Source of the DNA: Macrostomum lignano
Taxonomy: Eukaryota
Direction of reading: 5' to 3'
Assembly: GCA_002269645.1 (NCBI GenBank)
Contig: NIVC01000010.1
Span: 186,001-250,000, forward strand
Length of the DNA stretch: 64,000 nt
Made by a program: the position numbers and the translations under genes. The first letter of the stretch is position 1; each line of letters starts with the position of its first letter. The notes beneath the pieces were generated by a model. It ran no database searches, was not told where the DNA came from, and saw nothing but the letters and a program-made list of their open reading frames with translations. Positions 31,223 to 45,344 of the stretch are shown one piece after another.

Positions 31223-34200
31223 TCAAGCGTACCAACCCCGATAGTGCAAATCAGGCAATTTGGTTTTCCACCTGTCGCACAGGTCGGCTCGGGGGTCGGC
31301 GGCGGCTGTCGGGGCGGCGCCTCCGTCCACCAGGTTGACGAGCCTCCCGCCAGCCGAGTCGTAGCTCTCCCACCCGGATATTCGGCCAGTTCGAACGAAC
31401 TCGCTGAATCGAGCTTGCCAGGCGGCAGACTGCTCCCGACTAGCGGCCTGCCTGCCGAGCAGCTGCAGCAGGTCGAACCCGCCGAAAGCCGCTTGAGTAG
31501 GGAACCGGCTCCAGGGGTGCGGCATCACCGGCTGCACCGGGCGGGTCGACATTAAATAGCGATAAAATCTGACATCCTCCGTCCCGTTTGCGGTTGCTAG
31601 GCGACGGGAGAACTCGATTAGGGAACAGGTTAGTCGGAGGTCTGTTACAATCTGAAATTGTTTGGAATTTTTCAGTTTGAACTTTAGGTTTTATGGTTTG
31701 TTTTCATTGTCTGGAGGGCGGCCGGCAGATGTCGGGTTTTGTCAGGTGTCAGATATTAGGTGTCAGATATCAGGTGTCAGATATCAGGTGTCAGATATCA
31801 GGTGTCAGATATCAGGTGTCAGATATCAGGTGTCAGATATCAGGTGTCAGATATCAGGTGTCAGATATCAGGTGTCAGATATCAGGTGTCAGATGTCAGG
31901 TGTCAGATATCAGGTGTCAGATATCAGGTGTCAGATATCAGGTGTCAGATATCAGGTGTCAGATATCAGGTGTCAGATATCAGGTGTCAGATATCAGGTG
32001 TCAGATATCAGGTGTCAGATATCAGGTGTCAGATATCAGGTGTCAGATATCAGGTGTCAGATATCAGGTGTCAGATGTCAGGTGTCAGATATCAGGTGTC
32101 AGATATCAGGTGTCAGATATCAGGTGTCAGATATCAGGTGTCAGATATCAGGTGTCAGATATCAGGTGTCAGATATCAGGTGTCAGATATCAGGTGTCTG
32201 ATGTCAGGTGTCAGATGTCAAGTGTCGGATATTAGGTGTCAGATGTCAGGTGTCAGATGTCAAGTGTCGGATGTCAGGTATCGGATGAAAAGTGTCAGAT
32301 GTAAAGTGTCAAATGTAAAGTGTCAGATGTAAAGTGTCAGATGTAAAGTATCAGATGTCATGTGTCATATGTCAAGTGTCAGATGTCATGTGTCAGATGT
32401 CAAGTGTCAGATGTCATGTGTCATATGTCAAGTGTCAGATGTCATGTGTCAGATGTCAAGTGTCAGATACTCCTATCAGGTGTCAGATATCAGTTGTCAG
32501 CTGTCAGCTGTCGTGCTGGGTCTCATAAATTGAAATCCTCACCTGCGCATAGCGCAGCTCCACAGGCGTGCTGTCATTCCAATATCCCAGCTCCCGATAC
32601 CAGCCGCTGGCTGCCGAGGCCAAACCGACACCGCTGGCTCCCCCAGCGGACAGCCGGTTATCAACATGCTCCAAAAAGTAGTTCTCCGGCCAGTGCCGGA
32701 CAGTCGGATCGGCAAAGTACATTGCAGAGTCCTCCAGCATGGAGCCTTGGAGTAGTCAAGAGGAAATTTAAAGTTCGAATTGTAGATTAGTGCGAGTTCA
32801 ATTAAATTCACTCATATGAGACATTATTCATAACTAACATGTTCTATCCTACACTGCCCCATTCTATCCACACTGCCCCATTCTATCCTACACTGCCCCA
32901 TTCTATCCTACACTGCCCCATTCTATCCTACACTGCTCCATTCTATCCTACACTGCCCCATTCTATCCTACACTGCCCCATTCTATCCTACACTGCCCCA
33001 TTCTATCCTACACTGCCCCATTCTATCATACACTGCCCCATTCTATCCTACACTGCCCCATTCTATCCTACACTGCCCCATTCTATCCTACACTGCCCCA
33101 TTCTATCCTACACTGCCCCATTCTATCATACACTGCCCCATTCTATCCTACACTGCCCCATTCTATCCTACACTGCCCCATTCTATCCTACACTGCACCA
33201 TTCTATCCTACACTGCCCCATTCTATCCTACACTGCCCCATTCTATCCTACACTGCCCCATTCTATCCTACACTGCCCCATTCTATCCTACACTGCCCCA
33301 TTCTATCCTACACTGCCCCATTCTATCCTACACTGCCCCATTCTATCCTACACATTCTATTCTACACATTCTATCCGACACAGTCTTTCCTACACATTCT
33401 ATCCTACGCATTCTATCCTTCACATTCTATCCTATAATACAAATTCTATCCCACACATTCTATCCTACAGATTCTATCCTACACATTCTATCCTACACAT
33501 TCTATCCTACACATTCTATCCTACACATTCTATCCTACAGATTCTATCCTACACATTCTATCCTACGCATTCTATCCTTCACATTCTATTCTACACATTC
33601 TATCCTACTCATTCTATCCTACACATTCTATCCTACACATTCTATCCTACAGATTCTATCCTACACATTCTATCCTACGCATTCTATCCTTAACATTCTA
33701 TCCTACACATTCTATCCTACACATTCTATCCTACAGATTCTATCCCACACATTCTATCCTACGCATTCTATCCTTAACATTCTATTCTACACATTCTATC
33801 CTACTCATTCTATCCTACAGATTCTATCCTACACATTCTATCCTACGCATTCTATCCTTCACATTCTATCCTACACATTCTATCCTACACATTCTATCCT
33901 ACAGATTCTATCCTACACATTCTATCCTACACATTCTATCCTACACATTCTATCCTACAGATTCCATCCCACACATTCTATCCTACAGATTCTATTCTAC
34001 ACATTCTATCCTACTCATTCTATCCTACACATTCTATCCTACACATTCTATCCTACAGATTCTATCCTACACATTCTATCCTACGCATTCTATCCTTCAC
34101 ATTCTATCCTACACATTCTATCCTACTCATTCTATCCTACAGATTCTATCCCACACATTCTATCCTACACATTCTATCCTACACATTCTATCCTACAGAT

Positions 34201-37200
34201 TCTATCCCACACATTCTATCCTACAGATTCTATTCTACACATTCTATCCTACTCATTCTATCCTACACATTCTATCCTACACATTCTATCCCACACATTC
34301 TATCCTACAGATTCTATTCTACACACTCTATCCTACTCATTCTATCCTACACATTCTATCCCACACATTCTATCCTACACATTCTATCCTACACATTCTA
34401 TCCTACACATTCTATGCTACACATTCTATCCTACACATTCTATCCTACAGATTCTATCCTACACATTCTATCCTACACATTCTATCCCACACATTCTATC
34501 CTACAGATTCTATTCTACACATTCTATGCTACACATTCTATCCTACAGATTCTATCCTACACATTCTATCCTACACATTCTATCCTACGCATTCTATCCT
34601 TCACATTCTATCCTACACATTCTATCCTACAGATTCTATTCTACACATTCTATCCTACTCATTCTATCCTACACATTCTATCCTACACATTCTATCCCAC
34701 ACATTCTATCCTACAGATTCTATTCTACACACTCTATCCTACTCATTCTATCCTACACATTCTATCCCACACATTCTATCCTACACATTCTATCCTACAC
34801 ATTCTATCCTACACATTCTATGCTACACATTCTATCCTACACATTCTATCCTACAGATTCTATCCTACACATTCTATCCTACACATTCTATCCCACACAT
34901 TCTATCCTACAGATTCTATTCTACACATTCTATGCTACACATTCTATCCTACAGATTCTATCCTACACATTCTATCCTACACATTCTATCCTACGCATTC
35001 TATCCTTCACATTCTATCCTACACATTCTATCCTACAGATTCTATTCTACACATTCTATCCTACTCATTCTATCCTACACATTCTATCCTACACAGCCCC
35101 ATGCTATCCCGCAGCTCTCACCCAGCACCATCGGCTTGGTCAGCCTCCACCGCATTGCCGCATCAATTGGCGAATGGACCAGCCGAAACCCGTCGATCAC
35201 GGAGAAGCCGCGCCGTTTCACCGACCGCCCGGCCAAGGCGGGCACGTCGAAAAAGTCGGACCGCAGCTCGTTGTTGATGCGCGCCCAGCTGATGGAGGCG
35301 GAGAAGCTGGTCGCGTTCAGTGCAGCTCGGCAGGAGGCCCTCAGGCAGGAAGTCAGACTGAAGAGTGGTTAAAGAGGATAAAAAACAGGTTCGGTTTGAT
35401 GTTTTTTAACTCTAAAGGCCAGGTTGTGGCCTGGTTCGCCAGGACTCAAAACCATGAACTTCTGTGCAAGAGTTGAACGTGTTACCGTTGATATTCTCCC
35501 TTCATCTCATCCCTTCATATTCTCCCTTCATATCATACATTCACATTTTCCCTTTATTTCGTTCCTTCATATTCTCTCTACATCCTCCTTTCATCTCCCT
35601 TCATCCTTTATGTTCTCCCTTCATCTCATCCCTTCATATTCTCCCTTCATCTCATACATTCACATTTTCCCTTTATTTCGTTCCTTCATATTCTCTCTAC
35701 ATCCTCCTTTCATCTCCCTTCATCCTTTATGTTCTCCCTTCATCTCGTTCCTTCATATTCTCCCTACATCCTCCTTTCATCTCTCTTCATCCTTTATGTT
35801 CTCCCTTCATCTCTTTCCTTCATATTCTCCCTTTATCCCATCCCTTCATATTCTCCATTCATCTCTTTCCTTCATATTCTCCCTTTATCCCATCGCTTCA
35901 TATTCTCCCTTTATCCCATCGCTTCATATTCTCCCTTTATCCCATCCCTTCATATTCTCCCTTTATCCCATAGCTTCATATTCTCCCTTTATCCCATCGC
36001 TTCATATTCTCCCTTTATCCCATCCCTTCATATTCTCCCTTTATCCCATAGCTTCATATTCTCCCTTTATCCCATCGCTTCATATTCTCCCTTTATCCCA
36101 TCGCTTCATATTCTCCCTTTATCCCATAGCTTCATATTCTCCCTTTATCCCATAGCTTCATATTCTCCCTGTATCCCATCGCTTCATATTCTCCCTTTAT
36201 CCCGTCGCTTCATATTCTCCCTTTATCCAATCCCTTCATATTCTCCCTTTATCCCATCCATTCATAGTCTCCCTTCATCTCTTCCCTTCATATTCTCCCT
36301 TTATCTCCTCTTTTCATCTCTTTCCTCATCTGATCCACACATTGGTCTGGCATATATTCTTGCCGGCGTTCCCCCTTAAACATTCTGTCAAAGTCAAATC
36401 CCCAATTAGATGAACATCAAACTGCTCACCGCCTGTCCATATCAACAGCGCCTCTCAACGGCTGCTCAGCATTGAGAGGCGGACTTGACAGCCACAGCTT
36501 GTGGAACAGGTGGTCGTACCGGCCGGACTGAGCCATGCCAAGGACCACCGACGCGCTGGAACCGAAACCGACGAGAACCACCTGGACGGGTTGTGACAAA
36601 GAGGGTTGAGTTTAACAAAACTTATAATAATACTGAATAATTAGGGCTAAGCTAACCCTACGGCAAGATTTATTACCATGAATATGATTTAGTCTAATTA
36701 GCTGATAATTAAATCATAAAATGCATCGTTATGGCTGCCATCTATTACAGTCAAACCTATAATAGTCAATAACTTGGGTTTTATAGCGCTTTCAGGACCA
36801 AGCTATACTCTCCAGTTCTATCCTGCTGTGCCCAATTTATCCTAATCCACTCTCCTTATCCTCACACTCTGCGGCTCTACCCCATAATCTAACCCCATAC
36901 CACACTCCATACTCTACCACATACTCTACTCACATACCACACTCCATGCTCTACTCCAGTAGCAAACTCCATACTCTATCCCGTAATCCATTCCATACTC
37001 TACTCCATACTCTACCCCATACCCTACCCCTCACTCTACCCCATACTCTACCCCACACTCCACCCCATACTCACATTATCCGGCGCCCCGCCGAAGGCTC
37101 TAACATTGATTCTGAGCCAGCGCAACGCCTCGGCCACGTCACTGATCGGCAGATTTCCGGCCACCCTGTTCGGTGACTCGTCCGTCAGGTCCGGGTGGGC

Positions 37201-39046
37201 GACGAAGCCCAGCGGACCCAGCCGGTGCCGGACAGACGCCAGCACGAAGCCGGAGGCCACCAGACTGTCGGACGGATTCAACAGCAGACTGGGAGGCGAG
37301 TAGATGCTCAACAGGCTTGACAGCAGCACTACTGTTGGCAGGTTGGCTCCGGGCTTCTCTGCTGGAGTTGCCAAGTCCAGGTACAGGCAATCTGTGGAGC
37401 CCTCCAAACCAGCTGTGGGAGAATCTCCAATGCCAGCGTACTGCAGACACATCGGGACTGCATCAGCGCTGTGCGGGTACCGGAGCCTGCGCTGATGCCA
37501 AGCCGTGTTGGCTTCCTCTGACGTCATTGCCCACACCTCTCGGCAGGCTGTCTGGCTGTCAATGGGCTGGGCTGGCAACAGCAGCCTGGTGCCGTTGGGT
37601 CTCAGCGCGTAGGGGATCCCGGTGAACCTGTACACCATAGCTGAGCTGCCAGTCACCGAGGTGGCCGTTAAAACCCCGCACGCCGTTTCTCGTCGAGTTC
37701 CGCTTGCTTCCCGGCGTCTGTTGTCGGCATTTCTAGCGGCAGCTGCGGCTTGAAGACTCTGCTGATATTGACGATTGCTGACCAGGACTGTGGGCAGGGT
37801 GATGACTAGGATGACAGCTAGCGCTATTAGAAGCAGAATTATTGCAGCAAGAATTAGCCTGGGCCGGCTGGATAGGAACCCGGATGTCTGGTTGTCCTGC
37901 TGGTCCAGCCAGTAGCTGCCAATTGCATCCGTGGAGCTCTCGCCTGGCGGCTCCGAGTTGAAGGCCACTTTGGGGCCCGAGACAGTGAACACGGGCAGAT
38001 CCTGCGGCCTCTGCTGCTTGCTAGAGGAGTTCTCGTAAAAGTTCTCCGTGCTCTGCTGGCGGCGTTTGAAAGAGAATGGAGTGACAGTGGGAGTGACAGT
38101 GGGAGTGACAGTGACAGTGGGAGTGACATTGTGAGTGACAGTGGGAGTGACAGTGGGAGTGACATTGTGAGTGACAGTGGGAGTGACAGTGGGAGTGACA
38201 ATGGGAGTGACAGTGGGAGTGACAGTGGGAGTGACAGTGTGAGTGACAGTGGGAGTGACAGTGACAGTGTGAGTGACAGTGGGAGTGACAGTGTGAGTGA
38301 CAGTGGGAGTGACAGTGGAAGTGACAATGGGAGTGACAGTGGGAGTGACAGCTAGAGTGACAGTCGTAGTGACAATAGGAGTGACAATAGGAGTGACAGT
38401 AGGAGTGACAGTGGGAGTGACAGTGGGAGTGACAGCTAGAGTGACAGTCGTAGTGACAATAGGAGTGACAGTAGGAGTGACAGTAGGAGTGACAGTAGGA
38501 GTGACAGCAGTAGTGACAGCAGGAGTGACAGCAAGAGAGACAGTAGAAGCGACAGCAGGAGTGACAATAGGAGTGGCAGTAGAAGTGACAGCAGGAGTGA
38601 CAGCAGGAGTGACAGTAGGAGTGACAGTCGGAGTGACAGTAATAGTGACAGTAGGAGTGACAGTCGGAGTGACAGTAATAGTGACAGTAGGAGTGACAGT
38701 CGGAGTGACAGCAGGAGTGACAGCAGGAGTGACAGCAAGAGTGACAGTCGGAGTGACAGTAGGAGTGACAGTAGGAGTGACAGTCGGAGTGACAGCAAGA
38801 GTAACAGTGATCGTCACGACAGGAGTGACATCAGGAGTGACATTTCAAAGTCTTGCTTTGAGCACTTACTCGCTGATAGTCGGGGTTCGCAATGCCCCTG
38901 AGTGTGCCATCGCTCATGGGATCCGCGTAGGAGAATCTCTGAGTCGCCACCTGCTTGTTCTGCTTCTGCTGCAGCTGCCGCTGATGCCTTCCGTTGCCAT
39001 AGCGACCGGAGAAGCCGCCGTCGTCAGGTTCGTAGTTATTTGCCAT
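31223..39046 (-). CDS. Type II membrane, catalytically inactive carboxylesterase/cholinesterase-like protein (neurotactin-like architecture), ~725 aa
   Basis: Exons (minus): 39046-38870, 38055(or 38052)-37075, 36581-36430, 35357-35122, 32745-32543, 31651-31223; 2178 nt, phases consistent. Single internal TM segment ([26 protein letters not shown]), then type-B esterase motifs [85 protein letters not shown] on the minus strand at 31163-31158. Confidence 0.85.
31740..32500. repeat. 14-bp minisatellite (CAGGTGTCAGATAT)n, degenerating to the right
   Basis: Read directly; last intron of the esterase-like gene. Confidence 0.95.
32838..35095. repeat. 20-bp (CTATCCTACACTGCCCCATT)n switching at ~33350 to 14-bp (CATTCTATCCTACA)n
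   Basis: Read directly; the two units share the ATTCTATCCTACAC core. Confidence 0.95.
35490..36330. repeat. Pyrimidine-rich ~26-bp minisatellite (CTTCATATTCTCCCTTTATCCCATCG-like)
   Basis: Read directly. Confidence 0.9.
38078..38842. repeat. 12-bp minisatellite (GAGTGACAGTGG / GAGTGACAGTAG)n
   Basis: Read directly; intron 1 of the esterase-like CDS. A related tract lies at 51505-51865. Confidence 0.94.
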
Positions 39047-39840
39047 GATAATCTTCTGCTTTTTCTAAGGATTATCAAGATGACTGTACTTTTACAGTTA
39101 TTAGAGATCAAATCGCTAGCTTTTATCACTGTGCATCTATTTGAGTCTATTCATGAGTAATTTTAAAAGCTTAAATATAGCCGCTTACCTGTGCAGTATA
39201 CTAGGTAAAGTGCTAAAACTGGGCGTACTCCTCTCGCTGCTTCCGAAGTCTCAAAAGCCTCCAACTGCTCTGTCGGCCCTCCTCGCCCTCCGCTTGAATT
39301 CTGACAGTCCCCTCTCTCCCCTCCCCTCACCACTGGGGTCGCAGACCCTCCCCCGCTGCATCCGACCTCTCGCTCCTCAATTCCTATAGGCGTGGCCCTT
39401 GCCCTGCCTAAGCTGCTCATGAAAAACACATGTGGGCATGGGCTCTGCAACGGACAGAATCTCTTCCTCTCCCTGCACCTCTTCTCAAACCGCTTCCCAT
39501 ACCACCCACCCCAACCGAATGAGTACAGTACTAACAGTGCAGCCTGTGTGTGAGCCCTGTGGGTTGACAAAGAATTCACAGGGGTGAACATGATTAGGCA
39601 CACAGCCTCTGCACTAGGGCACAGCTGCTGCCAGAGCTGTTTACTACAGTATTAGGATACCCTTGGCCGAGAGACCGCAAAAAAGAGAAGAGCTGAGAGG
39701 GCAGAGCGCGGCTAATCAATAATATAAACTATCGAATCGATCGGCGAATTTTGCAAGCTTTTTTGTTGTAGGCTTCTTTATTGGCTTTCATGAAATCTGG
39801 ACCTTAGCACGTGCATAACAGTTTTCTTGATAGTCGCCTG

Positions 39841-40320
<480 letters not shown>

Positions 40321-40719
40321 TCCTTTTCACCGTCTTCGCCAACAAAAGTGCCAAACCGTATTAGAAGATCATCTCTACTGCAGGTAAGCTAAGTGTACTG
40401 TAGGTAAGTTTGCACAGCCAATTGACAATAAAAAAGACTCACAAGAAGCCGGGAGAGAGTGAGAGAGCAGAGAGCAGAGAGCGTACAATCTCTTCCAGAA
40501 ACTCTGCCCCCTAATTTTTTTCAAAAAAGACTAACTCACCTGTGCCCTTGGCAACCGAGACACCTGCGTCTTTTGGTGGGACGAGGGCTGAGAGCTGCTG
40601 GCCTTAGACTGCTTCTGCTCCAACAGATACACGCATTAAGAAGAATAATAATTAAGACTGTAGGCTACCGAGGCGAAAGACAGAAAACTTGCTAGGCTCA
40701 AGCTCAGACTCAAAGCGCC

Positions 40720-43098
40720 ATGGCAGCTCAGGTGCAACCGGCTGCTCCATCAGACAAACGCCTGGAAAATCATCTCCGGATCCGCAAAACCGAAGCACGG
40801 CCGGGCAGAACTCTGTTCGGCAGCGTGCTCGAGCGGATACCGGACTCAGAACTCCAGGCTGCTCAGCCTCAGCTCGATGCTGCCCTCGCCGTCTCCGAGG
40901 ACGTCGCCTGGAAGCCCGTGGCGATGCGTCGCGAGCGGCCCCACCCGGAGCCGCTGCCGGCCGAGCTGGCCGACTACCTGCGCCAGCAGCACGCGCCCGA
41001 CATTCAACGTCACTCGCGCGAACTAGACGAGCATCGAAAACGATTGCAGGTGCGCGAACGTCGAATCAACCTGATGGAGCGGGACGCCAAGTACGTCTTC
41101 GACTTGCCGCACCCGTTGGACTCGCTGCCAACCACCAGGCGGAACTACGGCGCAAGGCCTCGCTGGATGACCGCCGGGGATCTGGCGCACTCGGCCGAGG
41201 TCAATCCAGACTTCATGGCACCGGGGGTCAGGAACTTCAACCGGGACAAGTACCGCCGCCTCCCTGAGGCTCACAGCTATGCGCTGGTTGGCGACCCGCT
41301 GAGAAAGGGCATGGAGTTCGACAATGGCGGGCCGCCACCGCCTCTGCCTGGTAGTGTGCGGCCGGGTGAGTGCTCTGGTAGTCTGTCACTCTCCATTGTC
41401 TATTTGCTCTGGTAGTCTGTCACTCTCCATTGTCTATTTGATCTGGTAGTCTGTCACTCTCCATTGTCTATTTGATCTGGTAGTCTGTCACTCTCCATTG
41501 TCTATTTGATCTGGGAGTCTGTCACTCTCCATTGTCTATTTGATCTGGGAGTCTGTCACTCACCATTACCTATTTGATCTGGTAGTCTGTCACTCTCCAT
41601 TGTCTTTTTGATCTGGTAGTCTGTCACTCTCCATTGTCTATTTGATCTGGTAGTCTGTCACTCTCGATTGTCTACGAGCTATTTGATCTGGTAGTCTGTC
41701 ACTCTCCATTGGCTATTTGATCTGGTAGTCCGTCACTCACCATTACCTATTTGATCTGGTAGTCTGTCACTCTCCATTGTCTTTTTGATCTGGTAGTCTG
41801 TCACTCTCCATTGTCTATTTGATCTGGTAGTCTGTCACTCTCCATTGGCTATTTGATCTGGTAGTCCGTCACTCACCATTACCTATTTGATCTGGTAGTC
41901 TGTCACTCTCGATTGTCTATTTGATCTGGTAGTCTGTCACTCTCGATTGTCTATTTGATCTGGTAGTCTGTCACTCTCGATTGTCTATTTGATCTGGTAG
42001 TCTGTCACTCACCATTACCTATTTGATCTGGTAGTCTGTCACTCTCCATTGTCTATTTGCTCTGGTAGTCTGTCACTCTCCATTGTCTATTTGATCTGGG
42101 AGTCTGTCACTCTCGATTGTCTATTTGATCTGGTAGTCTGTCACTCTCGATTGTCTATTTGATCTGGTAGTCTGTCACTCTCCATTGTCTTTTTGATCTG
42201 GTAGTCTGTCACTCTCCATTGTCTATTTGCTCTGGTAGTCTGTCACTCTCCATTGTCTATTTGATCTGGTAGTCTGTCACTCTCCATTGTCTATTTGATC
42301 TGGGAGTCTGTCACTCACCATTACCTATTTGATCTGGTAGTCTGTCACTCTCAATTGTCTTTTTGATCTGGTAGTCTGTCACTCTTGATTGTCTATTTGA
42401 TCTGGTAGTCTGTCACTCTCCATTGTCTATTTGATCTGGTAGTCTGTCACTCTCCATTGTCTATTTGATCTGGTAGTCTGTCACTCTCGATTGTCTATTT
42501 GATCTGGTAGTCTGTCACTCTCAATTGCCTGTTCCTGACTGTCAATACGAACTTTTCTCGTCGCCATTCCGCCGCAGACCGCTCGGTCCTGACGCCACGA
42601 ACCAAGCAGCGCCAGCAGACGATGCGCCGCCTGCCGCCCAGCAGTCAGCTGGTGAACGGCATCGATGTGCCCATGCGGCTGATGCACCAGTTCGGCACAG
42701 AGGTCTGTCACAACCTGCTGAGCAGCCGGGAGGCCGTGCTGGACACCAGCCGGAAGCTGCAGCAGAAGAATAAATCTCGGCAGGAGCCAGCGGGAGAAGC
42801 AGATCAGCAATCGGCGGCAGCCCAGCTAGAGACTGGCGACCCCACCTACGAACAGCTGGGCAACGCCCTGCGCACTAATGTCTTTGGACGGGGTCACAGC
42901 GTCAATCAGCGAGTGAGTTCGAATCACTTGGACTATACTCAAGCTCAGTTCGAGCAGCGCGAGCCAATACCAGATGCTTATCGCTACAAGAAAGACCACG
43001 TGTCTCGCTGGGCGGAGGCCAACGTGCTGGAGATGCGCATGAAAAAGGCGCTGCAGGATCGCATGGATCGGATGCTGCATAAGAAGGCCGACGATTAA
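40720..43098 (+). CDS. TEX33: TEX33-like (testis-expressed 33 family) protein, ~388 aa, two coding exons
   Basis: Exons 40720-41365 and 42578-43098 (phase-1 intron, 1167 nt). The C-terminal segments IDVPMRLMHQFGTEVCHNLLSS and LGNALRTNVFG..SSNHLDYT..YRYKKDHVSRWAEANVLEMRMKKAL resemble my recollection of the TEX33 conserved blocks; this was not database-checked. The gene model is more secure than the name. Confidence 0.55.
41378..42528. repeat. 34-bp minisatellite CTGGTAGTCTGTCACTCTCCATTGTCTATTTGAT
   Basis: Read directly; fills the TEX33-like intron. Confidence 0.95.
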
Positions 43099-45119
43099 TT
43101 TGTATTATTAATTTTGCGTGTTTTTAAAGACTGAATTTTTAACCTACGGTTTTGCCTCGAGTATATTTTAATATATTCATTTCTAAATGAAGAATGAATT
43201 AGTTTTAAACTGTCCACACCATAAATATTTCAATCCAACTAACTCTATATATTGGACTGGCTGATAATAAAATAAACACAGATTGCTTCAATTCTTTCTA
43301 AATTTACTACCAAATAGAGACCGACCGAGTCCAAAAAATTCGTCAAAGCAGTGTGTCGATCGCAGAAATATTCAAGTTCAGCTGTAGCTAGATAATTAAA
43401 ACGATGCAATAATTTACTTTAAAAGCAGAATAAATTAATCAGAATTTTATTTGGGCTCCGAAAATTTAAAGTTTTAGCTTTCCAATACTTTTCATAAAAT
43501 GGCGATTTCTTGTTCTTGTAAAATAAGTTATTCGACGCAACTCTGAAAATTGTTTACGCAGTTCTTTCCTTAAAAAATTGAATTTCAATGTAAAAGGTAA
43601 AAATCCGATGATTCTCGACGGAATGTATGTAGAACATTAAAACAATAATCATAGTTTAGGAAATTACCTCGTGACTTTAAAACACAAACCGTAAGAACTA
43701 TCTCATAAATATTACACGTTTAAAAAAATAAAGAGAATAAATAATTATACCAAAAACTTTTTTCCCTTGAAAACAAAATATTCTTATACTTAAATTATCG
43801 TGGACTAAGAAATTTAAGTTATTTCGTTTCTTTTACTATTTCCGTCGGTCCATTTTGTCCCAATGGATTGTTCGATTAGAAATAAAATGTTTTCTGCCAT
43901 TCCTTTCTAAATTCTAACTTATTTTTGCCAATATACTATAGATACTCTAATTTGTTAAAGAAATTAACAGTCGAATTTATTGGTTGGTGTTTTTATCTGA
44001 CTCATCACGAAACATAAAAATAATAGTTGAAAGGGTAAGTTCTGCAGACAGATTTCGATTTAAAAAATTATGAAAGTTTTACTGTAAGTGGACAATTTTA
44101 AAGCGTTTGTGGCAGTAATATAATAATTTCAATATTCTATGTTACAGGTGCCACATTTATAATATCTAGAAAAAATCTGTCATTAAGTTTATGATAAACT
44201 TTCTATAGTTATCTGTCATGAATCTCTTGTTCTCATCTAAATCGATACTTGCAGCATTAGACTTTTTAAACAAAAAGTTTTGCTTATATAGCAAAGCTCT
44301 TAGGTTTTAAAAAATAGAATAATGCAAGCATATTTAATTTATTGTTATGAATTACGAGTAGTTTAGGCAAGCTAATTATCAGCTAAAATATACATCCGTT
44401 CCTTAATAAATTGTCTACATTTTTGTTATTAATTTCCCTCTTCTTATGAATTCGCATACAGGTACATGTAGCATATATTTAAAAGCAAGTTTTAAAATGC
44501 TCCTAAAAATATAATTACCCAGCCATTACTTGTGCTTTAAAAATGGACAGCACGACTGTAGGGACTGTAGTGTTAAAAATCCAATATCTATTAAATAAAA
44601 GCCATTTCTGTCTTCCATTACTGCTAATTTGCTTGTACTTTTGTTGCGATTGCCCAATTGTTTTTTACCCTCTCCCGAGCTTCAGACAATGGGGGGGGAG
44701 AGAAGTGAAGTTTCCTATACTGGCTGACTGACAGGCTGGCTTATCAAATGAACGAGTGAGACGGTGGAACTTTCCTGTGAATTTTCCTTGCCTCACATAT
44801 AATAAAATATATTGATTAATATTACACTGCCAGTAGGCTCGGTGCTAGAGACTGGATGCTGTGAGCTATGAGAGGCTGGCTTGGCGATAAGGTGAAGCAG
44901 GATGCGGAGTTGCGTGCCGATCTCGGCATGAGGGAAGAATGGCATCGGATAGCTATAGGGTGGGGATCGCGGCGCAGAGTAAGTAAGGAATGATGAGGCT
45001 CGGAGGCTGGGGAGCAGATTTGGATGGCCTTGCGAGATAGATGCAGACTGCTTTGCGATCGTGACGTCAAGAGTGAGCGAGCAGCACATTTTCCACGCTG
45101 GACTCTGCCTCTTCATCAC

Positions 45120-45182
<63 letters not shown>

Positions 45183-45344
45183 TGCACACCTCTTTTTCAT
45201 CAATTTATTTTACTTCCTGTTGTGCTCACCTACTTGTCACGTACTCTGTTTAAACGTGATTCATTTCGTGGTTCATTTCGAAAGAACAAATAATATCGTG
45301 TATTTGCGTCTGTGTTTGATGTAAATGCGACTATTTCATATGTC

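Noticed and set aside
38056-38817. Mucin-like (VTPT)n N-terminus on the esterase-like ORF
   Set aside because: It lies between a CGA|GTAAGT donor (38870) and a CAG|CAG acceptor (38055/38052), both phase 0, so it is best read as an intronic 12-bp minisatellite.
45062-45069. Full CRE palindrome TGACGTCA ~1.85 kb upstream of the PMCA ATG
   Set aside because: A single 8-mer with unknown TSS; another copy occurs inside a coding exon (near 37520), so it is not distinguishable from chance.
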